DNA from: an uncultured Pelagibacteraceae bacterium
GTDB taxonomy: Bacteria; Pseudomonadota; Alphaproteobacteria; Pelagibacterales; Pelagibacteraceae
Assembly: GCA_902581695.1 (NCBI GenBank)
Contig: CACHOW010000002.1
Location: 277-64,276, forward strand
Length of the DNA: 64,000 nt
Direction of reading: 5' to 3'
Shown here: positions 29,004 to 39,775 of the stretch, piece by piece
Position numbering within the stretch: position 1 is the stretch's first letter
Layout of the letters: each line of letters begins with the position of its first letter
The notes under the pieces: model-generated
What the model was told of the DNA's origin: nothing
The model's input: only the letters and a program-made list of their open reading frames with translations
Database searches by the model: none
Translations under genes and position numbers: made by a program

Positions 29004-30109
29004 AAAACTTTCCAATTGTAAAGTCTAGAAGATTAAGAAGCACTCCATATACTGATAGAATAGAGTCACATGGTGTGAGCAGTTATACAGTTTATAATCA
29101 TATGCTTTTACCTGCATCATTTAAATCTTTAGAGGCTGATTATGAACATTTGAAAAAATTTGTTCAGGTATGGGATGTTGCTGCAGAGAGACAAGTAGAA
29201 ATTTCAGGTAAAGACTCAGCAAAGTTAGTTCAATTGATGACTTGTAGAGATTTATCTAAATCGAAAATTGGAAAATGTTATTACGCACCATTAATTGATG
29301 GCGAAGGTTTACTAGTTAATGATCCAATCATAAATAAATTGGCTGAGGATAGATGGTGGCTATCAATCGCCGACTCAGATGTAATTTTTTTTGCAAAAGG
29401 ACTAGCAGCAGGAAATAAATTTGAAGTTGAAATTACAGAACCAAATGTAAATATTTTAGCTATACAAGGGCCTCGTTCTGATGACTTGATGGCAAAATTA
29501 TTTGGAGAAGAAATAAGAAACTTAAAATTTTTCAATTTTAATTACTATGAGTTTAAAGGTAATAAATATTTTATCGCTAGATCAGGCTGGTCAAAACAAA
29601 GTGGATTTGAGGTTTATGTAGAGGATAATTTAGCTGGGCAAGATTTATATGATTATCTTTTTGAAAATGGATCAGAATTCAATGTTAAAGCAGGATGTCC
29701 AAATTTAATTGAGAGAATTGAGTCTGCATTACTGTCTTATGGGAATGATTTTGATAATAGAGATAATCCCTTCGAAGCAAATTTCGATAAGTTTATAAAT
29801 TTAGATAGTGAAATTAATTTTTTAGGTAAAGAAAAGCTAAAAAAAATAAAACAAGACGGTATTTCTAGAAAATTAATGGGTGTCAGAATCGATCATAATA
29901 AAATTGATATGTATTGCGAAAAGACATTGCTTGATGATGATGATAATGTTGTAGGCTATGTCAGATCAGCAACATATTCCCCAACTTTTAAACAGGTTAT
30001 TGGCATTGCTATGATTAATAAACCTTATTGGGATGCTCAAACTCAATTTAAAATAGATATTAATGAAAAAATATTTGTAGGAACAATTTGCGATTTACCC
30101 TTCATTTAG
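29000..30109 (+). CDS. dmdA: DMSP demethylase (GcvT/aminomethyltransferase family)
   Basis: [60 protein letters not shown], typical of DmdA. Confidence 0.93.
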   Translation: MKNFPIVKSRRLRSTPYTDRIESHGVSSYTVYNHMLLPASFKSLEADYEHLKKFVQVWDVAAERQVEISGKDSAKLVQLMTCRDLSKSKIGKCYYAPLIDGEGLLVNDPIINKLAEDRWWLSIADSDVIFFAKGLAAGNKFEVEITEPNVNILAIQGPRSDDLMAKLFGEEIRNLKFFNFNYYEFKGNKYFIARSGWSKQSGFEVYVEDNLAGQDLYDYLFENGSEFNVKAGCPNLIERIESALLSYGNDFDNRDNPFEANFDKFINLDSEINFLGKEKLKKIKQDGISRKLMGVRIDHNKIDMYCEKTLLDDDDNVVGYVRSATYSPTFKQVIGIAMINKPYWDAQTQFKIDINEKIFVGTICDLPFI

Positions 30110-30129
30110 TATAAAAATAAAACGTTATC

Positions 30130-31137
30130 ATGAATATAGCAATTGTAGGAGCAACAGGAAATGTTGGCAGAAAAACTTTAGAGGTTCTTGAAAAAAAAGG
30201 ACTAAAAATTGATAATCTATATCTAGTCGCCTCATCAAAAAGTGTGGGGATAAAGATTAAATTTAAAGGGAAAGAATATGAAGTTTGTGATTTAGAAAAT
30301 TTTGATTTTTCGAAAGCGAAAATTATTTTCTTTGCAGCAGGTGGAAAAATTTCTGAAAAGTTTGCAGAGAAAGCCTCTAAGAGTTCATTTGTCATTGATA
30401 ATTCAAGCTTCTTTAGAATGAATCAAGATGTTCCATTAATTGTTCCTCAAGTAAATCCTGAGGATTTAAAGAATATTAAAAAAAATATTATAGCAAATCC
30501 TAACTGTTCTACTGCACAATTGGTAATTGCACTTAAACCTTTACATGATTTATTTGAAATCAAAAGAGTAGTTGTCTCTACTTATCAATCAGTTTCAGGA
30601 GGTGGTAAAGCACCCATGGATGAATTAATTGAACAAACTAAAATGGCATTAGGTGGAAAAAATATTGAATCCAAAAATTTTACAAAACAAATAGCATTTA
30701 ATGCTATTCCTCATATAGATACATTTTCAGACTCTGGTTATACAAAAGAAGAACTTAAAATGACAAATGAAACAAAAAAAATTCTTGGTGATAAAATAGA
30801 TTTAACAGCAACTTGTGTTAGATTACCTATATCAGTTAGTCATTCAGAGTCAGTAAATATTCAGTTTAAAAAATCTTTTTCCTTGGAAAAAGTTAAGCAA
30901 GCTCTCGATAATTTTGAAGGCTGTAAGGTAATTGATGAAAGAGTTGATGGAGGATATATAACTCCTTTAGAGGCAGAAGGTAAAGATGAAACATTTATTT
31001 CTAGAATTAGAGAAGACAAAACAATTGAAAATGGACTAAATTTATGGATTGTCTCAGATAATTTATTAAGAGGAGCGGCTTTAAACGCAGTAGAAATTGC
31101 AGAAACTTTGATTAAAAATAATTTTTATGGAAAATAA
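30130..31137 (+). CDS. asd: Aspartate-semialdehyde dehydrogenase
   Basis: GATGNVG, ANPNCST, STYQSVSG, DNLLRGAALN. Confidence 0.97.
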   Translation: MNIAIVGATGNVGRKTLEVLEKKGLKIDNLYLVASSKSVGIKIKFKGKEYEVCDLENFDFSKAKIIFFAAGGKISEKFAEKASKSSFVIDNSSFFRMNQDVPLIVPQVNPEDLKNIKKNIIANPNCSTAQLVIALKPLHDLFEIKRVVVSTYQSVSGGGKAPMDELIEQTKMALGGKNIESKNFTKQIAFNAIPHIDTFSDSGYTKEELKMTNETKKILGDKIDLTATCVRLPISVSHSESVNIQFKKSFSLEKVKQALDNFEGCKVIDERVDGGYITPLEAEGKDETFISRIREDKTIENGLNLWIVSDNLLRGAALNAVEIAETLIKNNFYGK

Positions 31138-31510
31138 GGAACCTCTATCACCCCATATACAAATTTATAGGTGGCATATTTCATCTTTAGTCTCCATCTC
31201 TCATAGAATAACTGGAATAATAAATATAATAGCGATTACCGCAATATGTTTTTGGGCCTCGCTACTTTTACTTGGAGAGAGTAAATATGAAACTATAGAT
31301 TTTTTTTTAAACTCTTTAGTGGGTAAATTTATTATTTTAGGTTTAACCTGGTCATTTTTATTTCAAATTTTAAGCGAGATCAGACATCTTATAATGGACC
31401 TTGGTTATGGTTTTGAGATTCAAACTTCAAAAATTACAGGTTTAATAGTTATTATCGGATCAATAATATTAACTATTATTTTTTATATTATAGGAAAAAA
31501 TTTTATTTAG
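31127..31510 (+). CDS. sdhC: Succinate dehydrogenase membrane subunit SdhC
   Basis: PLSPHIQIY, SISHRITG, IRHLIMD; first gene of sdhCDAB. Confidence 0.94.
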   Translation: MENKEPLSPHIQIYRWHISSLVSISHRITGIINIIAITAICFWASLLLLGESKYETIDFFLNSLVGKFIILGLTWSFLFQILSEIRHLIMDLGYGFEIQTSKITGLIVIIGSIILTIIFYIIGKNFI

Positions 31511-31834
31511 ATGATTATAGCTACCAAAAAATGGATTTTTTTAAAGTTTAGTGGAGCTATATTAGTTCCATTAATGATTTGGTTTATTTTGAACTTAATT
31601 GCAATTTATGATCAAGGATATAATGAGGTAATGATTTTTTTTACAAATTCATTGTCTAAATTTTTATTTAGTATTTTCATTATAAATGCATACTTTTTCT
31701 CAGCATTGAGTATAAGTGAGGTTTTTGAGGATTATATAAAAAACAATAAAATCAAAAATGTCGCAAATAGGCTATTATTCGCTTCAGCAGTAGCAATTCC
31801 AATAATTACAATTATATTAATAACTAATTTATGA
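31511..31834 (+). CDS. sdhD: Succinate dehydrogenase membrane anchor SdhD (no histidine)
   Basis: 3 TM helices, EVFEDY motif, position between sdhC and sdhA. Confidence 0.88.
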   Translation: MIIATKKWIFLKFSGAILVPLMIWFILNLIAIYDQGYNEVMIFFTNSLSKFLFSIFIINAYFFSALSISEVFEDYIKNNKIKNVANRLLFASAVAIPIITIILITNL

Positions 31835-33606
31835 GTGCTTATAAAATAATAGATCATGAGTATGATGTTGTAGTGTTAGGAGCAGGTGGTTCAGGACTTA
31901 GAGCTGCTGTAGGCTTAAGTGAAGCTGGATTAAAAACTGCGTGTATTTCTAAAGTGTTTCCTACAAGAAGTCATACTTCTGCTGCCCAGGGTGGTATTTC
32001 CGCTTCTCTTGGCAACATGGGAGAAGATGATTGGCGTTGGCACATGTACGATACTGTTAAAGGAGCGGATTGGTTGGGTGATCAAGATAGTATTGAATAT
32101 CTGTGTAAGGAAGCACCAAAAGCAGTTATAGAATTAGAAAAATATGGAGTTCCTTTTAGTAGAACAGAGGATGGAAAAATTTATCAAAGACCATTTGGGG
32201 GTATGACAAAGAATTATGGTAATGGCATCGTGCAAAGAACATGCGCGGCTGCTGATAGAACGGGTCATGCAATTTTACATACTTTATATGGACAAGCTTT
32301 AAAACATAAAACAGAATTTTTTATAGAATATTTTGCACTTGATTTAATAATGAAAGATGGTGAGTGTAAGGGTTTAGTGGCATGGAATTTAAATGATGGA
32401 ACTATTCATAGATTTAGAGCTCACAGTGTAATAATTGCAACAGGAGGTTATGGTAAAGTTTATTACTCAGCAACCTCAGCTCATACTTGTACGGGGGATG
32501 GTAATGCAATGGTTTTAAGAGCTGGCTTGCCATTGCAAGATATGGAATTTGTTCAGTTTCATCCAACAGGAATATATGGTCATGGTACTTTAATTACAGA
32601 GGGTGCAAGAGGCGAAGGAGGTTACCTTACAAATTCTAAAGGGGAAAGATTTATGGAAAGATATGCTCCTAAAGCAAAAGACTTAGCATCAAGAGATGTT
32701 GTAAGCAGATCAATGTCAATTGAAATTAACGAAGGTAGAGGTGTTGGTAAAGATCAAGATCATGTTCATTTAAATTTAAGTCACTTAGATAAAGAAATTA
32801 TTGAAAGTAGACTTCCAGGTATAACTGATGCTGCAAGATTATTTGCAAATGTAGATGTTACTAAAGAGCCGATTCCAGTAGTTCCAACTGTTCACTACAA
32901 TATGGGAGGTATCCCTACTAATTATAAGGGCGAAGTCCTAACAGTAAATGGTTCAGAAAAAACTGTTCCTGGGTTGATGGCAATCGGTGAAGCTGCATGT
33001 GTATCAGTTCATGGTGCTAACAGATTAGGATCTAACTCTTTAATAGATTTAGTTGTTTTTGGAAGAGCTGCAGCAAAAAGAGCAGCAGAGCTTATTAAAC
33101 CAGGAACTCCTCATGAAGAAATTGGAGAATCAGAAACACAAAAATGTCTTGATAGATTTGATAAAATAAGAAATGCTGATGGAGATACTGGAACAGCAGA
33201 ACTAAGATTATCAATGCAAAAGACAATGCAATCAAAATGTGCAGTTTTTAGAACAGAAAAAACCCTTAAAGAGGGAGTTGAAGAAATAAAAAAAACTTAC
33301 GATGGGCTTGATTCTTTATCTGTTAAGGATAAATCATTAGTATTTAACACAGATTTGGTTGAAACTTTAGAATTTGATAATTTAATTAGACAAGCAGTTG
33401 CAACAGTAGACTCTGCTTACCATAGAAAAGAGAGTAGAGGAGCTCATGCAAGAGAAGATTTTCCAAAAAGAGATGACGAAAAATTTATGCAACATACTCT
33501 GGCTTGGTGTAATGGTAAAGAGACAAAAATAAGCTATAGAGAAGTTCATAAAACTACATTGACTAACGAAGTTCAGTATTTTCCTCCCCAGGAAAGAGTC
33601 TATTAA
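31831..33606 (+). CDS. sdhA: Succinate dehydrogenase flavoprotein
   Basis: [16 protein letters not shown] (FAD His), [22 protein letters not shown]. Confidence 0.98.
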   Translation: MSAYKIIDHEYDVVVLGAGGSGLRAAVGLSEAGLKTACISKVFPTRSHTSAAQGGISASLGNMGEDDWRWHMYDTVKGADWLGDQDSIEYLCKEAPKAVIELEKYGVPFSRTEDGKIYQRPFGGMTKNYGNGIVQRTCAAADRTGHAILHTLYGQALKHKTEFFIEYFALDLIMKDGECKGLVAWNLNDGTIHRFRAHSVIIATGGYGKVYYSATSAHTCTGDGNAMVLRAGLPLQDMEFVQFHPTGIYGHGTLITEGARGEGGYLTNSKGERFMERYAPKAKDLASRDVVSRSMSIEINEGRGVGKDQDHVHLNLSHLDKEIIESRLPGITDAARLFANVDVTKEPIPVVPTVHYNMGGIPTNYKGEVLTVNGSEKTVPGLMAIGEAACVSVHGANRLGSNSLIDLVVFGRAAAKRAAELIKPGTPHEEIGESETQKCLDRFDKIRNADGDTGTAELRLSMQKTMQSKCAVFRTEKTLKEGVEEIKKTYDGLDSLSVKDKSLVFNTDLVETLEFDNLIRQAVATVDSAYHRKESRGAHAREDFPKRDDEKFMQHTLAWCNGKETKISYREVHKTTLTNEVQYFPPQERVY

Positions 33607-34385
33607 TGGTACAAATAAATTTACCTGAAAACTCAAAAGTAAAAAAAGGTAATTATTTCAAAGACAAAACTGGCTCAAAAAATTTAAGAAAAGTAAACAT
33701 ATATAGATGGGATCCTTCCACTGAAGAAAATCCTAGAATTGATACTTATGAAGTTGATATGGATAATTGTCCTTCAAAAGTCCTGGATATATTAAATAAG
33801 ATTAAAAATGAGTTGGATCCAACAATAGCTTATAGAAGATCTTGTGCTCATGGTGTTTGCGGTTCTTGTGCAATGAATATGGGTGGTAAAAACGGTTTAG
33901 CATGCACTACTCCCCATGCTGATATTGATGGTGATATAGACATTTATCCTTTACCCCATTTGAAAGTAAAAAGAGATTTAATTGGAGATTTAGATGGATT
34001 GTATAAACAATACCAATCTATAGAACCGTGGTTAAAATCAAATTCTAAATCTGAGACAACCGAAATCATTCAATCAAAAGAAGACAGAAAAAAATTAGAT
34101 GGAGCTTATGAATGTATTATGTGCGCATGTTGCTCGACCTCATGTCCTAGTTATTGGTGGAATGGAGATAAGTATCTAGGTCCTGCAGTTCTATTACAAG
34201 CTTATAGGTGGATTGTAGATAGCAGGGATGAAGAAAGAGAAGCTAGATTAAAAAAGGTTGCAGATGAGTTAAAGCTATACAGATGTCATACTATTTTAAA
34301 TTGTACTAGTGCATGCCCAAAAGGTTTAAATCCTGCAAAAGCAATCGCAGAAATAAAAAAAATGCTAGCTACAGCTAGTCTTTAA
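33606..34385 (+). CDS. sdhB: Succinate dehydrogenase iron-sulfur subunit
   Basis: [33 protein letters not shown]. Confidence 0.98.
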   Translation: MVQINLPENSKVKKGNYFKDKTGSKNLRKVNIYRWDPSTEENPRIDTYEVDMDNCPSKVLDILNKIKNELDPTIAYRRSCAHGVCGSCAMNMGGKNGLACTTPHADIDGDIDIYPLPHLKVKRDLIGDLDGLYKQYQSIEPWLKSNSKSETTEIIQSKEDRKKLDGAYECIMCACCSTSCPSYWWNGDKYLGPAVLLQAYRWIVDSRDEEREARLKKVADELKLYRCHTILNCTSACPKGLNPAKAIAEIKKMLATASL

Positions 34386-35136
34386 ATAAGACTTTTTTTA
34401 GGTTATTCGCAGAAGAAAGCATTATTTTCAAAATTTCTTTTAAATCATTAATATCTTTTCTACTTTTTGCAGTATGAGTTGATAAACAAAAACACAATTC
34501 TTTATTAGAATTGAATATTGGCACAGAGACTCCTACCATCCCATCAAACCATTCTTCATCATCAAAAGCATAACCTTGGTTTTTAATTTTTTTAAGTTCT
34601 TTTTTGAATCGTAGAATATCTGTTATTGTATTTTTTGCGGTTTTAGGTGTTTTAATATTTTCAAATATTTGAATAACTTTTTCTTCTTCTATTGATGATA
34701 GGTACAATTTTCCTGAAGCTGATGCATGTAAAGGAAGATGATCTCCTGCTTCTAAATTTAATTGCATTGGCCAATTAAACTCTATTCTGTCAAAATAAAC
34801 AAGTTTAGTTCCAATAGGTATTGATAAACTAACTGTTTCTTCAATGTCATTTGTTAACTTTCTTAAGTATGATCTCCTTAAAGTGAAATTTGGCTCATAG
34901 GGTAAACTTTTGAGAATTAAATTTCTTATTTTTGGACCAGGAAGATATTTTTTGGAATTACTCGCTACCAAATATTTTTCTTCGCATAAAGTCTCAATAT
35001 GCCGATAAATTGTTGGTAAGGGTATCTTTAGCTTATGGCCAATTTTTTTTGCGGTAAAATTATCAGGGTCAACTATGATTTCCTCGAGTATATTTAATAT
35101 TCTTCTGGGAGATGTTCTGCTGCTATTATCTTTCAT
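34375..35136 (-). CDS. IclR family transcriptional regulator
   Basis: N-terminal HTH ([11 protein letters not shown]), [31 protein letters not shown]. Confidence 0.93.
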   Translation of the reverse strand: MKDNSSRTSPRRILNILEEIIVDPDNFTAKKIGHKLKIPLPTIYRHIETLCEEKYLVASNSKKYLPGPKIRNLILKSLPYEPNFTLRRSYLRKLTNDIEETVSLSIPIGTKLVYFDRIEFNWPMQLNLEAGDHLPLHASASGKLYLSSIEEEKVIQIFENIKTPKTAKNTITDILRFKKELKKIKNQGYAFDDEEWFDGMVGVSVPIFNSNKELCFCLSTHTAKSRKDINDLKEILKIMLSSANNLKKVLFKD

Positions 35137-35163
35137 TTAAAATTAAATTTTTTATAAAAAAAT

Positions 35164-36657
35164 TTAAGATAAAACCGGAATTGTAAATTCTGGTCCTGCA
35201 TTATCTTCTACCCAAGTTACAGTTGCAGTTTTAAGTTTAGTATAAAATCTCACTCCTTCAGGCCCATGCATAGAATGATCTCCAAATAAAGATCGTTTCC
35301 ATCCACCAAAACTGTGATAGGCAACTGGCACTGGGATTGGTACATTTACTCCTATCATTCCAATTTTAGCATTTTCGGTAAAGTGTTTGGCAATATTTCC
35401 ACTTTTAGTAAAAACAGCTGCCCCATTTCCTAATTCATGATCATTTACTAAATTTAAGGCTTCTTCATAAGTTTCAGTTGTCATCATGCTTAAGACAGGT
35501 CCAAAGATTTCTTCTTTATAGATTTTCATTTCAGGTTTTACATCATCAAAAATTGTTGGTCCAACAAAATAACCATTTTCATAACCTTGTTTTTTGAAAT
35601 TTCTTCCATCACTCAATAATTTTGCACCTTCTTTCTCTCCAGTATTTATGTATCCTAAAACTTTTTCAAAATGTGCTTTATTATTTAAAGGACCAAAATC
35701 ACTTTTTTCATCCGTATAAGGCCCAACATTTAACTTAGCAGTTTCTTCTAATAGCTTCGTCTTTATTTTCTCTTTTGTTTTTTTACCCACACAAACTGCC
35801 ACAGAAATAGCCATACATCTTTCTCCAGCTGATCCGAAAGCTGATCCTATGATTGCATCAGTGGTTTTGTTCACATCTGCATCTGGCATTATAACCATGT
35901 GATTCTTTGCTCCCCCAAGTGCTTGTACCCTCTTGTTATTTTTTGTACCGGTATGATAAACATATTCTGCTATAGGAGTTGATCCAACAAAGCTAATAGC
36001 TTGAACATCTTTACTCTCTAGTAAAGTATCCACAGCTTCTTTATCTCCATTTACAACATTTAATACTCCAGGTGGCATACCTGCTTCAATAGCCAACTCC
36101 CCAAGTCTAATTGGACAGCTAGGATCTTTCTCTGACGGTTTTAAAACAAATGTGTTTCCACATGCAATAGCTACTGGATACATCCACATAGGAACCATCG
36201 CAGGAAAATTAAACGGAGTAATACCTGCACAAACTCCCAGTGGTTGCCTCATCGAGTAAGAGTCAACATTAGTTCCTACACTTGTAGAGTGATCTCCTTT
36301 AAGTGAGTCAGTTATACCTGTAGCATACTCAACAACTTCAATCCCTCTTTGAACGGAACCCTTTGCATCAGCAATAGTTTTTCCATGTTGTTCAGAAACC
36401 ATTACAGCCAAGTCTTCCATATTTTTTACTAACAAATCTTTATACTTTGCTAAAATTCTAGCTCTATTAATTGGTGTAGTTTTAGACCATTTTAAAAATG
36501 CTTTCTTAGAATTCTCTATAGCCATTTCAACAGTTGTTTTACTTGCTAACTCAACCTCTGCTATTTGTTCGCCAATTGCTGGATTAAAAATAGGACCTTT
36601 TCGAGATTTTTCATCTGTATAAGTTTTTCCATCTATAAAATGACTAACTTTTTTCAT
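35164..36657 (-). CDS. mmsA: CoA-acylating (methyl)malonate-semialdehyde dehydrogenase (MmsA/IolA/DddC family)
   Basis: GITPFNFPAMVPMW, LKPSEKDP, FVGSTP, ALGGAKNH, AGERCMA, GVNVPIPVP, FGGWKRSLFG; GGAG RBS. Confidence 0.93.
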   Translation of the reverse strand: MKKVSHFIDGKTYTDEKSRKGPIFNPAIGEQIAEVELASKTTVEMAIENSKKAFLKWSKTTPINRARILAKYKDLLVKNMEDLAVMVSEQHGKTIADAKGSVQRGIEVVEYATGITDSLKGDHSTSVGTNVDSYSMRQPLGVCAGITPFNFPAMVPMWMYPVAIACGNTFVLKPSEKDPSCPIRLGELAIEAGMPPGVLNVVNGDKEAVDTLLESKDVQAISFVGSTPIAEYVYHTGTKNNKRVQALGGAKNHMVIMPDADVNKTTDAIIGSAFGSAGERCMAISVAVCVGKKTKEKIKTKLLEETAKLNVGPYTDEKSDFGPLNNKAHFEKVLGYINTGEKEGAKLLSDGRNFKKQGYENGYFVGPTIFDDVKPEMKIYKEEIFGPVLSMMTTETYEEALNLVNDHELGNGAAVFTKSGNIAKHFTENAKIGMIGVNVPIPVPVAYHSFGGWKRSLFGDHSMHGPEGVRFYTKLKTATVTWVEDNAGPEFTIPVLS

Positions 36658-36817
36658 GTTGCTCCTTTTTATATTTAGTTAAAAGTTATACTAGCTTTTT
36701 TTTCAATGCAATATTTTATTCCTTAAATGAGAAAAATATTATCAATTAACGATTATATGCTGTTGACTCATCAATTTAGTTAAGCTTAGATTAACCCATT
36801 AAAAAGAAAGGGATAGC
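36658..36817. promoter_or_regulatory. Divergent promoter region between mmsA and Fe-ADH; candidate IclR operator
   Basis: 160-bp gap, long for this genome; + strand TTGACT(36763)-18-TAGATT; - strand TTGCAT-17-TAACTT (36683-36711); inverted repeat AATATTTT(36710-36717)/AAAATATT(36733-36740). Confidence 0.5.
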
Positions 36818-38005
36818 TTGATTAAAAGAGACAACGTTCGAGTTTGCGTGCCAAGATATATGCAGATTGGTAAAGGCAGCCTGAGTCAACTTCCAGAAAT
36901 TTTAAAAATTATTGGTTCTGTAAAATCTCCCTTAATTGTAACCGATAAGCTAATGGTAAAGTTTGGTTACGTTAAAAAGCTTCAGGAAATACTTTTAAAA
37001 GCAGGACTTAAATCTAGTGTTTTTGATGAGACTATACCAGATCCTACAGATACAGTTGTTTTAAACGGTATTGATATCTTAAAAAAAAATAAAAATGATG
37101 CTGTAATAGGCTTTGGTGGGGGAAGTCCAATCGATACTGCTAAAGCAATAGCTGTACTTTCCCAATATAGTAAAAATATTCAAGATTACAAACCACCATC
37201 TACATTTGATAAAAAAGGACTTCCAATTATTGCTATTCCAACTACTGCAGGGACTGGTTCTGAAGTAACTCATCATTCAGTAATTATTGATACCAAGAGC
37301 AATAATTTTGAGAAAATTTCTTGTAGAGGAGAAGGATTTGTTCCAATAGTTTCAATTGTTGATTATGAATTAACACTTTCTAAACCTAGAAGATTAACCA
37401 TAGATAGTGCTATTGATACATTAACACATGGTATTGAAGCTTATGTAAGTAAAAAAGCAACCATGTTTTCTGATAGAATGGCATTAGATACTATTAGACT
37501 TGTTCAAGAAAATATCTATGCAGTTGATAAAGATCCAAAAGATTTAAAAGCCAGGGAGGGTCTTATGTTGGCAGCAACATTGGGGGGATTAGCTTTTTCA
37601 AACGCTTCTATCTGTCTAGTGCATGGAATGAGCAGACCACTTGGTAGTAATTTTAAGGTCCCTCATGGATTAAGTAATGCAATGTTATTACCAACTATAA
37701 CTGAATTTTCAATTGATCATGCAAAAAGTAGATATGCAGATTGTAGTAGAGCTGGAAATTTTGCATCACCAACTGATGAAGATAATGTAGCCTGTGAAAA
37801 ATTAATTAAAGGACTTTATAAACTAAATAATGATTTTGATGTTCCATCTATGAGCACATTTGGAATTGATGAAAAAAATTTTGAGGGGGAGTTAGAAAAT
37901 ATGGCGACTGATGCAGAAGTTTCAGGGGCGCCAAACCTCAATCCAAGAGTGCCTACTGTAAATGAAATGGTTGATCTTTACGGAAAAGCATGGAGGGCGT
38001 TCTAA
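36818..38005 (+). CDS. Iron-containing (group III) alcohol dehydrogenase, DddB-like
   Basis: GGGSPID, PTTAGTGSE, metal ligands D-TLT-H, LVHGMS, VPHG; TTG start after GAAAGGGA. Confidence 0.92.
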   Translation: MIKRDNVRVCVPRYMQIGKGSLSQLPEILKIIGSVKSPLIVTDKLMVKFGYVKKLQEILLKAGLKSSVFDETIPDPTDTVVLNGIDILKKNKNDAVIGFGGGSPIDTAKAIAVLSQYSKNIQDYKPPSTFDKKGLPIIAIPTTAGTGSEVTHHSVIIDTKSNNFEKISCRGEGFVPIVSIVDYELTLSKPRRLTIDSAIDTLTHGIEAYVSKKATMFSDRMALDTIRLVQENIYAVDKDPKDLKAREGLMLAATLGGLAFSNASICLVHGMSRPLGSNFKVPHGLSNAMLLPTITEFSIDHAKSRYADCSRAGNFASPTDEDNVACEKLIKGLYKLNNDFDVPSMSTFGIDEKNFEGELENMATDAEVSGAPNLNPRVPTVNEMVDLYGKAWRAF

Positions 38006-38060
38006 AATGAGTTGGGAATGTTCTTTAAACTTTAAAACAACTCAAAACAGAGAGGGGAAT

Positions 38061-39125
38061 ATGAAAAAACTAATAAAAACATCTGTTAGCTTTTTTGCTG
38101 TATTTGCTTTAATGATAACTTTTTCATTACAACAAGTTACTGCAGCAGAAAAAATTAGATGGAAAGTACAATCTACTTTTAATACTGGTTGGCCTGCATT
38201 AGGAGATCCTGTTGCTCGTTTATCAGATACATTGGATAGAGCGACTGATGGTAGAATTAAACTAAAGGTTTATGAACCTGGTAAAATACTTCCGCCATTA
38301 GAAATCTCACCTTCAATTAGTAAAGGTGATTTGCCTGCAGCTTACAACTACATGGCATACGACCAAGGAAGAATACCAGCAGCAGTATTATTTGCAGCTG
38401 TACCATTCGGTATGGAACCATGGGAATATGCAGCTTGGTGGTTTGAAGGAGAAGGCGCTAAGTTAGCTAATGAAATATACAACAAACAAAATATTCAAGT
38501 TTTGTTGTGTAGCACGATTGGGCCTGAAACAGCAGGTTGGTATAGAAATCCTATTACAAGCCTAGCAGATCTTAAAGGTTTAAAAATTCGTTTCTCAGGT
38601 CTAGGAGGAATGGTTTTAAATGAAATAGGAGCTTCAGCTACTTTAATGGCTGGTGGTGAAATTTTTGCTGCTCTAGAAAAAGGAACTCTAGATGCAACTG
38701 AATATTCTATGCCTGCTATTGATGAGGTTTTAGGTTTTCATAAAATCACTAAGTTCAACCTATTTCCAGGTTGGCACCAAGTATCAACTTCAACTCATTT
38801 CATGATCAACTTAGATTTATGGAAAAAAATGGGTGCAGCTGACCAAGCTTTATTCGAAATGGCTTGTACAGCAGCAGCTATGAGAGCAATTACAACTGGT
38901 GAATTTTTACAAGGAAAACAGATTGGAACTTTTCCTTCTAAAGGTGTAACAGCTGCAAGATTGCCTGATAGTGTATTGAGAGAGCTACAAAAAGTAAGCG
39001 CTAGAGTAATGAAAGAAGAATCTGCTAAAGACGCTGACTTTGCTAAAGTGTGGGCTTCTCAACAAGCATTCATGAAAGAGTATGATGTTTGGCAAAAATG
39101 GGGTTATTTACCTCGAAACTTTTAG
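38061..39125 (+). CDS. TRAP solute-binding protein (keto-acid/lactate-type subfamily), Sec signal
   Basis: ATG 38061 after GAGGGG; signal peptide; GLKIRFSG Arg, GGEIF, DATEY, PGWHQ. Confidence 0.92.
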   Translation: MKKLIKTSVSFFAVFALMITFSLQQVTAAEKIRWKVQSTFNTGWPALGDPVARLSDTLDRATDGRIKLKVYEPGKILPPLEISPSISKGDLPAAYNYMAYDQGRIPAAVLFAAVPFGMEPWEYAAWWFEGEGAKLANEIYNKQNIQVLLCSTIGPETAGWYRNPITSLADLKGLKIRFSGLGGMVLNEIGASATLMAGGEIFAALEKGTLDATEYSMPAIDEVLGFHKITKFNLFPGWHQVSTSTHFMINLDLWKKMGAADQALFEMACTAAAMRAITTGEFLQGKQIGTFPSKGVTAARLPDSVLRELQKVSARVMKEESAKDADFAKVWASQQAFMKEYDVWQKWGYLPRNF

Positions 39126-39158
39126 TATTTAATACTTAAAAAGTTGATTATAATATCG

Positions 39159-39192
39159 AAAGCGGCCGGTTTCACCGGCTGCTTTTGTTTTT
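39159..39192 (+). terminator. Intrinsic terminator/stabilising hairpin after second dctP
   Basis: AAAGCGGCCGGT-TTC-ACCGGCTGCTTT followed by TGTTTTT. Confidence 0.87.
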
Positions 39193-39205
39193 AAGGAAAT
39201 AATTT

Positions 39206-39775
39206 ATGTCTAAAGATTTTACATCTGTTGAAGGTTCTCTTGATAAAAAGCTTCAGCTTAGACATACACCTATCACAAAAAAAATTGATAATTTCGTTTT
39301 ACAGATAGGAGAAATTTTTAATTGGTTATGGGTAATATTAATTGCAGTGATAATTCTAAATGTAGTCTTAAGATATGTATTCAAAAATGGAATGATTGAA
39401 TTGGAAGAATTACAATGGCACCTTTATTGCATTGGATGGTTAGTTGGTTTATCGTCTACATATATAGTTGACTCGCATGTAAGGGTTGATGTTTTAAGTG
39501 AGAGATTAAGTTATAGAAAAAAATTATGGTTCGAATTGTTTGGTATTTTGATTTTATTTTTACCATTCATAATCCTCGTTCTTTATTATGCTATTCCTTT
39601 TTTTGAATTATCGTGGGCTTCAAGTGAAAGATCGACGTCAGCTAATGGTTTACCAGCAAGATGGTTTGTAAAAGGTTTTTTAGTAATCAGTTTTTTCTTA
39701 CTATTAATTTCCGGCCTATCAAGAATTATAAGAATAATAGAAACACTTCGGTTTGGACTAGAGGATAAAAGATGA
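39206..39775 (+). CDS. TRAP small permease DctQ
   Basis: EELQWHLY, HVRVD, GLPARW; 4 TM helices. Confidence 0.92.
   Translation: MSKDFTSVEGSLDKKLQLRHTPITKKIDNFVLQIGEIFNWLWVILIAVIILNVVLRYVFKNGMIELEELQWHLYCIGWLVGLSSTYIVDSHVRVDVLSERLSYRKKLWFELFGILILFLPFIILVLYYAIPFFELSWASSERSTSANGLPARWFVKGFLVISFFLLLISGLSRIIRIIETLRFGLEDKR

Noticed and set aside
29000-30109. Annotation as glycine cleavage T protein (gcvT)
   Set aside because: DmdA-type motifs and linkage to dmdB/dmdC, with no gcvH/gcvP nearby, favour DMSP demethylase
37962-38060. 33-aa N-terminal extension of the second DctP
   Set aside because: It overlaps the Fe-ADH end; a good RBS and signal peptide begin at 38061
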